From positions 654,535 to 718,534 of the forward strand of contig CAWGAA010000002.1 in NCBI GenBank assembly GCA_963820525.1: a stretch of 64,000 nt of DNA. Reading direction: 5' to 3'. A model generated the notes under the pieces. The model was not told the origin of the DNA. It saw only the letters and a program-made list of their open reading frames with translations, and searched no databases. Source of the stretch: an uncultured Spirochaetota bacterium (lineage in GTDB: Bacteria; Spirochaetota; Spirochaetia; SZUA-6; Fen-1364). Positions within the stretch are counted from its first letter, which is position 1. Each line of letters begins with the position of its first letter. Below, one piece after another: positions 28,142-37,299 of this stretch. A program made the position numbers and the translations under genes.

Positions 28142-29329
28142 ATGAGACGCACCGTCGCCATTTTCGGCCTACTCTGCATCGTCGCCCTCGTGTCCGAGGC
28201 ACAGGACTCTCAGAAGGTGCTGGACGCGTTCAAGCGCAACTTCGCCATCGCCAGCCTCGACGTGAAGATCCAGATCATCCAGGATGCCGCGGCCAGCAAG
28301 AGCGCCTCCGACATGGGGTCCCTGTACCATGCGGCGGTGGATTTCGTCATCGACAACGGCTCCCTCATCCCCACGGATTCCCGTTTCAACCAGCTTGCAT
28401 CCGTCGCGGCGGACCAGATCGCCGCCGCATCCTACCAGCCCGCCAAGTACTCCCTGTGGAAGCTGTTCCAGACCGACCCCGATACCATCCTTCGCGCCCA
28501 TATCGCCGCCGCCCTCGGAGTGGTGGGAGCGGGCGACGCCGAGATCGTCCAGGACCTCACCAAGTTCCTCGACGCGGCGAACTCCAGCTTCGCGGCCGGC
28601 GCCAAGCCGGACCTCCAGGTGATCGGCGCCGTCGTCGGGTCCCTGGGCAAGCTGGCGGATCCCTCGTCCTTCCCGATCCTCTTCACCGCGATGAATCTGG
28701 GCTACTCGGACCAGATATCGGCGGGGGCCAAGGACGCGCTTCTCGCCGTGAAAGGGGACATGAAGGACCTGTTCATCGGCATCATCAAGTCCGGGCCCAT
28801 ACCGGAGAAACAGAAGGCGCTCACCATGGCCCTGGGAATGGATCGGCTGTCCGCGGACCAGAAGGGGCAGGTTGCCGAGTACGCGCTGGACGTGGCGCTG
28901 CACACGGGCGCCGCGGACGCCCCGGGAAAGGGCGCCCTGCGCGGCATGCGCTTCACGGCGGCCCGGGCCCTGAAGGACATGAAGCGCTCCTCGGCCACGC
29001 CCCTTCTGATCGAGCACATCGACATGACCATCATGGAGTTCGATCGGGGCCTCACCGACAAGAGCAACCTGCTGGAAGCTATTGCTTCCCTGGGCGCGAT
29101 GGGAAGCCATGAGGCCGCCGTGCGGCTCACGCAGTACCTGGTCCTCATCAATTCGTACACGGAAAAGGGCAGGGGATACGACGAGCAGGTGGTGCTCACC
29201 GTGCTGGACAACCTGGGGAATCTCGGCGACAAGGTGGGATTCGACGACCTGATGTATACCCAATACCTCAACTATTCGGCCGCCGTAAAGAAGTCGGCCC
29301 GCTCCGCGCTGGAAAAGCTCAAATGGTAG
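28142..29329 (+). CDS. exported HEAT-repeat protein
   Basis: Signal peptide; recurring A..ALG..G helical repeats. Confidence 0.7.
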   Translation: MRRTVAIFGLLCIVALVSEAQDSQKVLDAFKRNFAIASLDVKIQIIQDAAASKSASDMGSLYHAAVDFVIDNGSLIPTDSRFNQLASVAADQIAAASYQPAKYSLWKLFQTDPDTILRAHIAAALGVVGAGDAEIVQDLTKFLDAANSSFAAGAKPDLQVIGAVVGSLGKLADPSSFPILFTAMNLGYSDQISAGAKDALLAVKGDMKDLFIGIIKSGPIPEKQKALTMALGMDRLSADQKGQVAEYALDVALHTGAADAPGKGALRGMRFTAARALKDMKRSSATPLLIEHIDMTIMEFDRGLTDKSNLLEAIASLGAMGSHEAAVRLTQYLVLINSYTEKGRGYDEQVVLTVLDNLGNLGDKVGFDDLMYTQYLNYSAAVKKSARSALEKLKW

Positions 29330-29372
29330 GAGGGGCGGCGCGCCGGCAATCGCGCGCCGGCTCTCCAAGGCG

Positions 29373-30863
29373 ATGATCCGCCGTCACGTTTCCGCAGCTC
29401 TGGTCGCTTTCACCGCCGTGCTGGCAACGTGCCTCGCCCGTCCCCTGTTTGCGGGCGCTCCCGAGCTCGTTCTCCTGCCGGCCGCCGCGGCCGCTTCCCT
29501 GGCCATCGTTCTCCTCGGATCCGAGCCCGAGAGGGTCAGGCGTGCGGGAGTCCTTGCTTTCGGCGCATGCGCGGGGCTTGTCCTTGGATTCGTGCTGCTT
29601 CAGCGCATGGAGATCGGGCAGCTTCGCTCTGCGCCCCCGATGAGCCTTTCGCAGATATCCCGCTTCGCCGGCTCCCTCAGGCAGGACAGCGTGCTTTCCC
29701 GCGATTCAAGGACGCTCCTTCGCGTTTCTCTCTCCAGCGCCTCCTCCCGGATGGGGGTGACAGCTTCCGCCCGCGGGAATGCCCTGGTTGTGATGGAAGG
29801 AGACTACCGCTTCTCCCTGGGGCAGGAACTGGAGTTCCACTCGACCCTGAAGCCGTTTTCCGGGGAGGGGAGCGAATCGTACGTTTCGTTCGTCAGGCGC
29901 GACGAGGTACGGTCCATGGGATATTCCCGTGCCCTCTGGGCCGGGCGCGCGCGTCTCCGGGAAGAGGCCCACAATGCCTTGAGCCGTCTCGGGTTTCCGG
30001 CTTCCGCCCTCCTGGAGGCGCTCCTGTTGGGAAGCAGGGAGGACATTCCGGCGGATCTCGCCGACGGATTCAGGAAAACGGGAAGTCTTCATATCCTGGC
30101 CCTCTCTGGTCTTCATGCGGGCATCGTCTACGCTTTTATCGCGTTCCTGCTCCGAGCTTTGAAAAACAGGACGGTGAAATTCCTCCTTGCAACCGCGGTC
30201 CTCGCCTTCTACCAGTTCCTTGCCGGGCCCATCCCATCGCTTGTACGCGCGACGCTGATGCTCGTGACGGCGGGCATCGCGCTTCTCCTGGACCGGGACG
30301 CGGAGCCGCTCAACCTCCTTTCCATTGCAGGATTGCTCATCCTCGTCATGGGCCCGTACCAGGCATGGAGCCTTTCCTTCCAGCTTTCGCTGCTCGCCAT
30401 GCTGGGGATCCTTGCGGTTTCACCGCTTCTCTCCAGGCCCTTTCAGGGGCGGCTGCCCCCGGTGCTTCTCTCGCCGCTCGCCATGGCGGCCTCGGCTCAG
30501 CTTGCCACGCTGCCCATTGCTGTCCTGGCCTTCGGCGTCTACTACCCATCGGGGCTTCTCGCGGGGCTCGCCCTCGTGCCCCTGACAACGATCCTGTTGT
30601 GGATAGGGCTTCTCTGGCTCGTTCTCTCGCCGATCTTCGGGCCGGCGCTTCAAGGCGCGGCGGGCTGGGCCGCCAACGGCGTGTACGCTCTCGTCTCTGA
30701 GACGGCGCGGTTCTTCTCCGCGGTTCCTGGAATCTCCGTGGCAGAGGATGCGGCGCCCTGGGTGGCGGGCATCTCCGCCCTGGCCCTGCTGGCTTTCTGC
30801 ATTTTTCCCCTGGCGCATGCGAGGAAACGCGCGGCAATCCGGCTGGAGCGCGCCGCATCGTGA
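29373..30863 (+). CDS. comEC: ComEC/Rec2 family competence membrane protein (no C-terminal MBL domain)
   Basis: ALLLG, HILALSGLH, SLVRATLM, SFQLS. Confidence 0.85.
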   Translation: MIRRHVSAALVAFTAVLATCLARPLFAGAPELVLLPAAAAASLAIVLLGSEPERVRRAGVLAFGACAGLVLGFVLLQRMEIGQLRSAPPMSLSQISRFAGSLRQDSVLSRDSRTLLRVSLSSASSRMGVTASARGNALVVMEGDYRFSLGQELEFHSTLKPFSGEGSESYVSFVRRDEVRSMGYSRALWAGRARLREEAHNALSRLGFPASALLEALLLGSREDIPADLADGFRKTGSLHILALSGLHAGIVYAFIAFLLRALKNRTVKFLLATAVLAFYQFLAGPIPSLVRATLMLVTAGIALLLDRDAEPLNLLSIAGLLILVMGPYQAWSLSFQLSLLAMLGILAVSPLLSRPFQGRLPPVLLSPLAMAASAQLATLPIAVLAFGVYYPSGLLAGLALVPLTTILLWIGLLWLVLSPIFGPALQGAAGWAANGVYALVSETARFFSAVPGISVAEDAAPWVAGISALALLAFCIFPLAHARKRAAIRLERAAS

Positions 30864-31717
30864 TCCGGATCAATCCCGATTCGCCCAATGCCATCCGCGA
30901 AGCCCTGGACTCGATGGGCATTGCGCTGAAAAAGCGGTGGGGACAGAACTTCCTGGTCAACCGCGGGGCGCGGGAAAGGATCCTGTCGGCCCTTGCGGCG
31001 GGCCCAAAAGACCTTGTCTGGGAGATCGGGCCCGGGCTCGGGGCAATGACGGAAGCCCTCCTGTCGCGGGGAAACCGGGTCGTGGCCTTCGAGATTGACA
31101 GGGGCCTGTGCCGCTACCTTCTGGAAGCCTTCCAGGGGGAAAAGGGTTTCACCCTCGTGCAGGGGGATTTCCTGAAGACCTGGAAGCCCGCCGCTGAATC
31201 AGGACGTCCCGACCGCATTCTGGGCAATCTTCCCTATAGGAGCGCTTCGCTGATGATCGCCTCTCTGGTCTCGGGGGGGCTTGGGGCGCGGAGCATGGTC
31301 TTCACCGTGCAGAAAGAGCTGGCACAGAGAATGGCCGCGCGGCCGGCAACCAAGGACTTCTCCTCGTTCACGGTCCTCTGCCGCGCCGGCTTCGAGGTGA
31401 TCGATCGGGGGGATTTGAAGGCGGGCAGCTTCTTCCCGGCGCCGCAGGTTGTCTCTTCCGTGATCGAGCTTGCGCCTCGCGCCGGCGGCCCCGCGGTCCG
31501 CGACTGGGCATTGCTCTCGGATCTGGCGCGGGCCCTGTTTGCCTCGCGCAGGAAGACACTGCGGAACAATCTCCTGGCGAGCCCCCTGTGCAGGCGCTAT
31601 CCCGCAGAGGCAGTGCTTTCCGCGCTGGCAAGGGAGGGCATCGATCCGGGGATGCGGGCCGAAGAGCTCGAGCCGGAAATATTCGTGAGAATCGCCCAAG
31701 GGCTGGCGGATCTCTAG
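30860..31717 (+). CDS. rsmA: 16S rRNA m6,2A dimethyltransferase
   Basis: KKRWGQNFL, EIGPGLG, GNLPY, RRKTLRNN. Confidence 0.95.
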   Translation: MIRINPDSPNAIREALDSMGIALKKRWGQNFLVNRGARERILSALAAGPKDLVWEIGPGLGAMTEALLSRGNRVVAFEIDRGLCRYLLEAFQGEKGFTLVQGDFLKTWKPAAESGRPDRILGNLPYRSASLMIASLVSGGLGARSMVFTVQKELAQRMAARPATKDFSSFTVLCRAGFEVIDRGDLKAGSFFPAPQVVSSVIELAPRAGGPAVRDWALLSDLARALFASRRKTLRNNLLASPLCRRYPAEAVLSALAREGIDPGMRAEELEPEIFVRIAQGLADL

Positions 31718-32592
31718 AGAATCGAAAGCTCCCTGAGCGTGGAAGCCAGAGACTCCCTGTTCTTCGGCGTCATGGGGCACATGGGAAGACGGTAGGATTC
31801 CGCCATCATCCCCTTCATGGCCATGGCGGCCTTGATGGGAATGGGGTTGGTTTCGATGAACAACGCCTTGAACAGGGGGAGAAGCTCGTAGTGCATCTTA
31901 CGGGCCGCTTCCCAGTCTCCCTTTCGCGCCGCGCCGACAAACCTCGCCATCCTGTCCGGCACGAGGTTGCTCGCCACCGAGATGACGCCTTCCCCGCCCA
32001 AGGCCATGAGGGAGAAAACCAGGTTGTCGTCGCCCGAGAGCACGACGAAGTTCTTCGGCCTGGCCCTGATGAGTTCCATGACCTGGCCGATGTCGCCGCT
32101 TGCTTCCTTGACGCCGGCGATGTTCTTGTGCTGCGCAAGCTGGAGCATCGTCGCGTTGTCGATGTTCTTGCCGGTACGGCTGGCGATGTTATAGACGATG
32201 AGCGGAATGTCCACCGCGTCAGCGATGGCGCGGAAGTGGCCCAGGAAGCCTTCGCTCGTCGGCTTGTTGTAGTAGGGCGCCACCTGGAGCGTCGCGTCGG
32301 CTCCAACCTCCTTGGCGTCCCTGCTGTATTCGATGGCTTCGCTCGTGCAGTTGGATCCCGCCCCCGCGACTACCGGGACCCGGCCGCGCGCCTGCTCGAC
32401 GACGATCTGGATGACCCTCTTGCACTCCTCTCCACTGAGGGTGGGGCTCTCTCCCGTAGTGCCGATGGGAACCAGGCCGTCCACGCCGCCGTCGATCTGG
32501 AAATCGACCAGCCGCCGCAGGGCCTTCTCGTCGACGGCGCCGGCTTCCGTCATTGGCGTGACGAGCGCCGTGAACACACCGTGAAGCTCCAT
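31714..32592 (-). CDS. dapA: 4-hydroxy-tetrahydrodipicolinate synthase
   Basis: GTTGES, PYYNKP, YNI..RT, GVKEASG, ETNPIPIK. Confidence 0.95.
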   Translation of the reverse strand: MELHGVFTALVTPMTEAGAVDEKALRRLVDFQIDGGVDGLVPIGTTGESPTLSGEECKRVIQIVVEQARGRVPVVAGAGSNCTSEAIEYSRDAKEVGADATLQVAPYYNKPTSEGFLGHFRAIADAVDIPLIVYNIASRTGKNIDNATMLQLAQHKNIAGVKEASGDIGQVMELIRARPKNFVVLSGDDNLVFSLMALGGEGVISVASNLVPDRMARFVGAARKGDWEAARKMHYELLPLFKALFIETNPIPIKAAMAMKGMMAESYRLPMCPMTPKNRESLASTLRELSIL

Positions 32593-33347
32593 TACTCACT
32601 CCTTCCGAGGATGTCCTTGATGAAGTCGCTCACTTCGAAGATCCCCTTCTTCGGGGCAAGCCATTCGGCTGCCCGCACGGCCCCGAGGGCGAACCCCCCC
32701 CGGCTCCGCGCCGTATGGGTGAGCTCGATGGTGTCATAGGTCGAATCGAAGAGGACCGTGTGGGTCCCGGGAAACTCCCCGCCGCGCACGGAGGCGAAGT
32801 GAAGCTCGTTTTCCTTGATCGCCCGGTCGAGCTTTTCCGTGACGAGATCCTTCTTCCGCGGGTGCTTGGCCCCGATGATCTTGGCGATCGACAGCGCGGT
32901 GCCCGACGGGGAATCCTTCTTGCGCTTGTGATGGATCTCGTAGCCCAGGACGTCGTATTCGGGCGAGGGGGCGGCCAGTTCGCAGGCGGCGGCCACCAGG
33001 GCGAAGTAGATGTGCGCTCCGATGGAGAAGTTGCTTCCATAGAGGTACCCGATTGGGGAGCCTTCGAGGAGGCGTTCGAGCTCGTCGAGCTTCCCGTACC
33101 AGCCTGTCGTGCCGTTGACGGCCGGCAGGCGGAAGCGGGCGTAGATTCCGGCGTTGGCCAGCACCGAGTCCGCCGTCGAAAACTCGATGGCGATGTCGGT
33201 TTTCCCCGCGATCTCTTTCGTGAGGGAAGGGGCGTCCGCTCCTCCTTGAACCGGGTCTATCCTGGCCGAAACGCCGTGCCCCCGCTGAAGGAGGATCTTC
33301 TCCACTTCCTTGCCCATGCCTCCATATCCGACGATAGCCACTCTCAT
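32592..33347 (-). CDS. dapB: 4-hydroxy-tetrahydrodipicolinate reductase
   Basis: GYGGMG, GTTG, EIHHKRKKDSPSGTA. Confidence 0.95.
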   Translation of the reverse strand: MRVAIVGYGGMGKEVEKILLQRGHGVSARIDPVQGGADAPSLTKEIAGKTDIAIEFSTADSVLANAGIYARFRLPAVNGTTGWYGKLDELERLLEGSPIGYLYGSNFSIGAHIYFALVAAACELAAPSPEYDVLGYEIHHKRKKDSPSGTALSIAKIIGAKHPRKKDLVTEKLDRAIKENELHFASVRGGEFPGTHTVLFDSTYDTIELTHTARSRGGFALGAVRAAEWLAPKKGIFEVSDFIKDILGRSE

Positions 33348-33355
33348 ACCTGGGG

Positions 33356-33384
33356 ATAATACGGGGAGTTGAAGGAAGGTTCAA
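33356..33384 (-). promoter_or_regulatory. sigma70 promoter of dapBA (leaderless-type)
   Basis: TTGAAC-17 bp-TATTAT, 8 nt before the dapB ATG. Confidence 0.65.
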
Positions 33385-33473
33385 GTATCTTTCTGCATGG
33401 CCTGCATATTTTTTCATTTTCAAAGCCTTTTCCCCCCGCCGGATTCAGGTTATGATGCCGGTAAGGAGGCTCC

Positions 33474-34190
33474 ATGGGCAGGGTCGTCTGCTTCTCACGA
33501 TCGACGGCTTTTCGCGAGCTTCTCGGAGGGCTGGGAGGCGACGAGGTCATCTTTCTGGAGAGCATGAGGGAGTTTGCCGCCGCCCTGGTGGAGGGCGGGG
33601 GCATCGTCTGCGCCCTTGTCCATCTGCGCACGCCGGATGACGCCTGGATCCGGCTCCTTTCCTCTGCCAAGGCCAGTTTCCCCTTTCTCGACATGGCGCT
33701 CGTTCTGGAAGAAGGGGGGATAACCGGGACGAGCTTCGCGTCTCTGTTTCGAGGAGACCCCGCCGAGGATAGGCTCTTCGGTGAGATCGTCCGGCATATC
33801 CAATCTCTGGAGTGCCGGGACAAGCGGGGCAAGCAGCGTTTCGACTGGCCTCTTGAAGGAACTCTCCATATCGTGGACGGATCGCAGGCGAGCTATAAGG
33901 TGCGCTCGATAAGCGCCAGCGGCGCCTTCCTGGAAGTATCCCAGGACCACCCGCGGCCGGGAATGAGGGGCATGCTCAGCATCAGGTTCCAGGACTTCTC
34001 GGTCTGGACGAGCGTGGAGATTCTCCCCGCCAGGTCGCAGACGGGAAGCCTGCCGGAGGGATTCGGCGTGAGGTTCATCGACCTCACGGAAGGCTCTCAG
34101 AGGGTGATCGACCGTCTCGTTCAAGACGAGCTCCTCCGCCAGCTCATCGAGCCGGATGGCCCGCTTCGGCCGCCGGCAATCGCCCCCTGA
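33474..34190 (+). CDS. PilZ-domain protein with degenerate receiver-like N-terminus
   Basis: KRGKQRF (RxxxR), SISASG, GFGVRF; SD AAGGAGG. Confidence 0.72.
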   Translation: MGRVVCFSRSTAFRELLGGLGGDEVIFLESMREFAAALVEGGGIVCALVHLRTPDDAWIRLLSSAKASFPFLDMALVLEEGGITGTSFASLFRGDPAEDRLFGEIVRHIQSLECRDKRGKQRFDWPLEGTLHIVDGSQASYKVRSISASGAFLEVSQDHPRPGMRGMLSIRFQDFSVWTSVEILPARSQTGSLPEGFGVRFIDLTEGSQRVIDRLVQDELLRQLIEPDGPLRPPAIAP

Positions 34191-34202
34191 GGCGTCTCGC
34201 GC

Positions 34203-35201
34203 TCACTGGGACTGCACGAGGGTGACGACGCAGGTGTTGACGATATCGTCGACGGAGGCGCCGCGGGAGAGGTCGCTCACCGGCTTGGCGAAGCCCTGGA
34301 GGAACGGGCCGTAGGCCTCGGCGCCCGCCAGTCTCTGGACGAGCTTGTAGCTGATGTTGCCGGACTGCAGGTCGGGGAAGACGAGGGTGTTCGCCTTTCC
34401 GCCGACGGGAGACCCCGGGGCCTTCTTCGCCGCGACGGAGGCGATGAGAGCGGCGTCGGCCTGCATCTCTCCGTCGACGATCAGCTTCGGGTCCTTCTCC
34501 CGCGCAATCTTCACGGCGCCCGCCACCTTATCCACCAGGGGATGAGAGGCGCTCCCCTTCGTTGAAAAGGACAGCATGGCCACGATCGGGTCCGTCTTGA
34601 GGAAGGTTCGGCAGGATTCCGCGGCCGACAGGGCGATCTCGGCGAGCTGCTCCGAGGTGGGGTCCGGCACGGTGGCGCAGTCGGAAAAAATCATGTGTCC
34701 ATCCACCCCCCATGATGTGCCTTTCAAGTACATCACGAAGCACGACGAGGCGGTCTTGATCCCCGGCCGCGTGCGGATGATCGTGAGCGCAGCGCGCAGG
34801 ACCTTTGCCGTCTCGCTGTCGGCCCCGGAAACCATGGCATCGGATCTGCCCTTCAGGAGCATCATTGCCCCCCAGTGCTGGGTGTCGGCCATGAAAACCT
34901 TCTCCGCTTCCTCCAGGGAGATTCCCTTGTATTTTCGAAGCTCGAAATAAGCTTTGATGTACTCGCTCTTCAAGGGGGAGGCGCCCGGCTCTTCGATCTC
35001 CAGGCCGTCGAGCTTCACTCCCTGCTTCTTCGCCTCTCCCTGGATTCTCTGGATCGACCCGAGGAGAGTCACGGAGCGCGCGAAGCCTTCATCCTTGAGG
35101 ATTCTGCCCGCCTTCATTGTCCTTGGCTCGTAGCCTTCCGGAAGAACGAGCTTCCGGGGATTCGATCGTGCCTTTTTTTTCATCTCTTCGATGAAGTTCA
35201 T
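34203..35201 (-). CDS. pta: phosphate acetyltransferase (short, class I)
   Basis: LVLPEG, FSDCA, SFSTKGSA, DGEMQADAA, DLSRG. Confidence 0.95.
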   Translation of the reverse strand: MNFIEEMKKKARSNPRKLVLPEGYEPRTMKAGRILKDEGFARSVTLLGSIQRIQGEAKKQGVKLDGLEIEEPGASPLKSEYIKAYFELRKYKGISLEEAEKVFMADTQHWGAMMLLKGRSDAMVSGADSETAKVLRAALTIIRTRPGIKTASSCFVMYLKGTSWGVDGHMIFSDCATVPDPTSEQLAEIALSAAESCRTFLKTDPIVAMLSFSTKGSASHPLVDKVAGAVKIAREKDPKLIVDGEMQADAALIASVAAKKAPGSPVGGKANTLVFPDLQSGNISYKLVQRLAGAEAYGPFLQGFAKPVSDLSRGASVDDIVNTCVVTLVQSQ

Positions 35202-35362
35202 CCCTTCAGTCCTTTCCGTGGAGCGCGGTTTCTGTGGTTTTCATGGTAGAGTATATCCCCTTTCCTGCGGCGCTGCAAAGCAATGGAGCTCCAGAGCCCC
35301 TCCCGGCGAGCCGTTCCCGCTCTCGTTGGTGCCTGAGGGGCGCCCGATCGGTGCGGCGAGCC

Positions 35363-35391
35363 TTGCCGCCGACGGCCAATACGGATAGGAT
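35363..35391 (+). promoter_or_regulatory. sigma70 promoter of the prephenate dehydrogenase gene
   Basis: TTGCCG-17 bp-TAGGAT, 6 nt before the ATG. Confidence 0.55.
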
Positions 35392-35397
35392 GCCGTC

Positions 35398-36120
35398 ATG
35401 ATCGTCGGCGTCTACGGACTGGGCAGGTTCGGAACGTTCTGGTCCAGCCTGCTCTCCCGATCGTGCGAGGTGAAGGCGGCCTCCAGGGACCCCGGCCGCG
35501 CGACCCCGGGCGGCGTGGAGCGCGTGAGCGAAGAGGAGCTCTTCAGCCTGCCCGTTGTGTTCCTCTGCGTCGCCATATCCGCGATGGAGGAAGTGCTCTC
35601 GCGCGCCGCGAAAATGACGGCTGCGGGCACGCTCGTCATGGACACGTGCTCGGTCAAGGTATACCCCGTGCAGCTCATGAAAAGCATCCTGCCGCGGGAG
35701 GTATCGATCCTGGGCACCCATCCGATGTTCGGCCCGGATTCGGCCCGGCAGGGGGTGGACGGCCTGCCCATGATCCTCTGCCCCGTGCGCATCGACGAGC
35801 CGGCGCTGCGTCTCTGGGAAAGCTTCTTCTCCTCTCTGGGGCTTTCCGTATCCGTGATGGCCGCCGCGGACCACGACAGGGAGGCCGCCTTCACTCAAGG
35901 GATCGCCCACTATATCGGCCGCGTCCTCAAGGACCTGGGGGTTCGTGAATCGGCCATTGCCACAATGGGATATCGAAAGCTTCTCGATATCGTCGAGCAG
36001 ACCTGCAACGACCCCTGGCAGCTGTTTCTCGACCTGCAGCGCTTCAACCCGTACACCCGTGAGATGCGCCTCAAGCTGAAGAAATCCCTCGATACGATCA
36101 TGGACGCGATAGAGTCGTGA
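35398..36120 (+). CDS. tyrA: prephenate/arogenate dehydrogenase
   Basis: GLGRFG, DTCSVK, HPMFGP, HDRE. Confidence 0.85.
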   Translation: MIVGVYGLGRFGTFWSSLLSRSCEVKAASRDPGRATPGGVERVSEEELFSLPVVFLCVAISAMEEVLSRAAKMTAAGTLVMDTCSVKVYPVQLMKSILPREVSILGTHPMFGPDSARQGVDGLPMILCPVRIDEPALRLWESFFSSLGLSVSVMAAADHDREAAFTQGIAHYIGRVLKDLGVRESAIATMGYRKLLDIVEQTCNDPWQLFLDLQRFNPYTREMRLKLKKSLDTIMDAIES

Positions 36121-36131
36121 TGCCGCCGCGC

Positions 36132-36160
36132 TTGACAGGCCGGCGGGCTCCAGATACGAT
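36132..36160 (+). promoter_or_regulatory. sigma70 promoter (bactofilin-TPR-mtaB)
   Basis: TTGACA-17 bp-TACGAT. Confidence 0.7.
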
Positions 36161-36184
36161 GAGCCGGACCTACGGGAGAGGGTT

Positions 36185-36670
36185 GTGGCCGAAGTACGAA
36201 TCAAGGACATCGACGAGCACGAGATAGATACCATCCTCGCGGAAGACATCGACTTCGAGGGGCAGCTCACGTTCAAAAAGCCCCTCATGATCAAGGGGAA
36301 GTTCAAGGGCGAGATTTCCTCCTCCAGCTCCCTCTATATCGGAGAGAAGGCCTACGTCGAGGCGAAGATCGAATCGGGGCTCGTCTCCTCCAAGGGCAAG
36401 ATCAAGGGCGACGTCGTCGGCCACTCGCGCGTCGAGCTTTTCTCGACGGCGCGTCTCGAGGGGGACGTCACGACTCCCGATATCGTGATGGAAAGCGGCT
36501 GCACCTTCAACGGATACTGCAACATGGGCGGAACTTCTCCACGGAAAGAGGCGCCTTCCCCCGCAGGCGGTCACCAGCCTGAGCGAGGCGCGGCCCAGCA
36601 GCCGGTTCCGCCAAGGACTCAGCCGCCGCAAGGAGGTGGCGCGGCGCCCCAGGGAGGGGCCCGCGCATGA
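36185..36670 (+). CDS. bactofilin (polymer-forming cytoskeletal protein)
   Basis: Beta-helix pattern (FEGQL...IKGKFKGEI...LEGDV...FNGYCNM) with a Pro/Gln/Gly-rich tail. Confidence 0.88.
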   Translation: MAEVRIKDIDEHEIDTILAEDIDFEGQLTFKKPLMIKGKFKGEISSSSSLYIGEKAYVEAKIESGLVSSKGKIKGDVVGHSRVELFSTARLEGDVTTPDIVMESGCTFNGYCNMGGTSPRKEAPSPAGGHQPERGAAQQPVPPRTQPPQGGGAAPQGGARA

Positions 36671-37299
36671 GACTGAGACCGGCGGTCGTCCTCATCCTCG
36701 CTCTCCTGCCGCTGTCGGCATTTGCCCAGGACAAGCCCGACGCGCTGGAGCTGTATCGAACGGGCCGGTACACGGAAGCGGTCACCGTCTGCCAGCAGGA
36801 GCTTCAGGAAACCCCGAAGAACGTCGACTCGCACGTCGTCCTCGCCTGGTGCTACCTGAAGCTGAAGAGATACCAGGAAGCCCTCGACGTGGGGCAGAAG
36901 GCTCTCGAGATCGCCCCCAATGATCCCCGCCTCATCCAGGTGCTGGGAGAAGCGGACGTCTTCCTCGGCAAGATCGACGAGGGCCTCAAGAACCTCGAGG
37001 AATACGTCGCCCTCAGGCCAGCGGGAGACAGGATCTCGCGCGTGTACTGGCTCATGGGGGAGTGCTACATAAGCCTCAGGGAATATCAGAACGCCGACAT
37101 CGCCATCTCCACCGCTCTGTACTTCGATCCCAACAACTCTGCAAGCGCCGCGTGGTGGGCGCGCCTGGGATACGCGCGGGAAATGGCAGGCGACCTCAAA
37201 CGCTCAGAGGAAGCCTACGCGCGGGCCCTCACCATAGATTCCAACCTGGCGGACGCTCTTCGGGGCAAGGAAAGGGTGGACAAGAAGCTCGGGCTCTGA
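36667..37299 (+). CDS. exported tetratricopeptide-repeat protein
   Basis: Signal peptide plus TPR consensus repeats. Confidence 0.85.
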   Translation: MRLRPAVVLILALLPLSAFAQDKPDALELYRTGRYTEAVTVCQQELQETPKNVDSHVVLAWCYLKLKRYQEALDVGQKALEIAPNDPRLIQVLGEADVFLGKIDEGLKNLEEYVALRPAGDRISRVYWLMGECYISLREYQNADIAISTALYFDPNNSASAAWWARLGYAREMAGDLKRSEEAYARALTIDSNLADALRGKERVDKKLGL

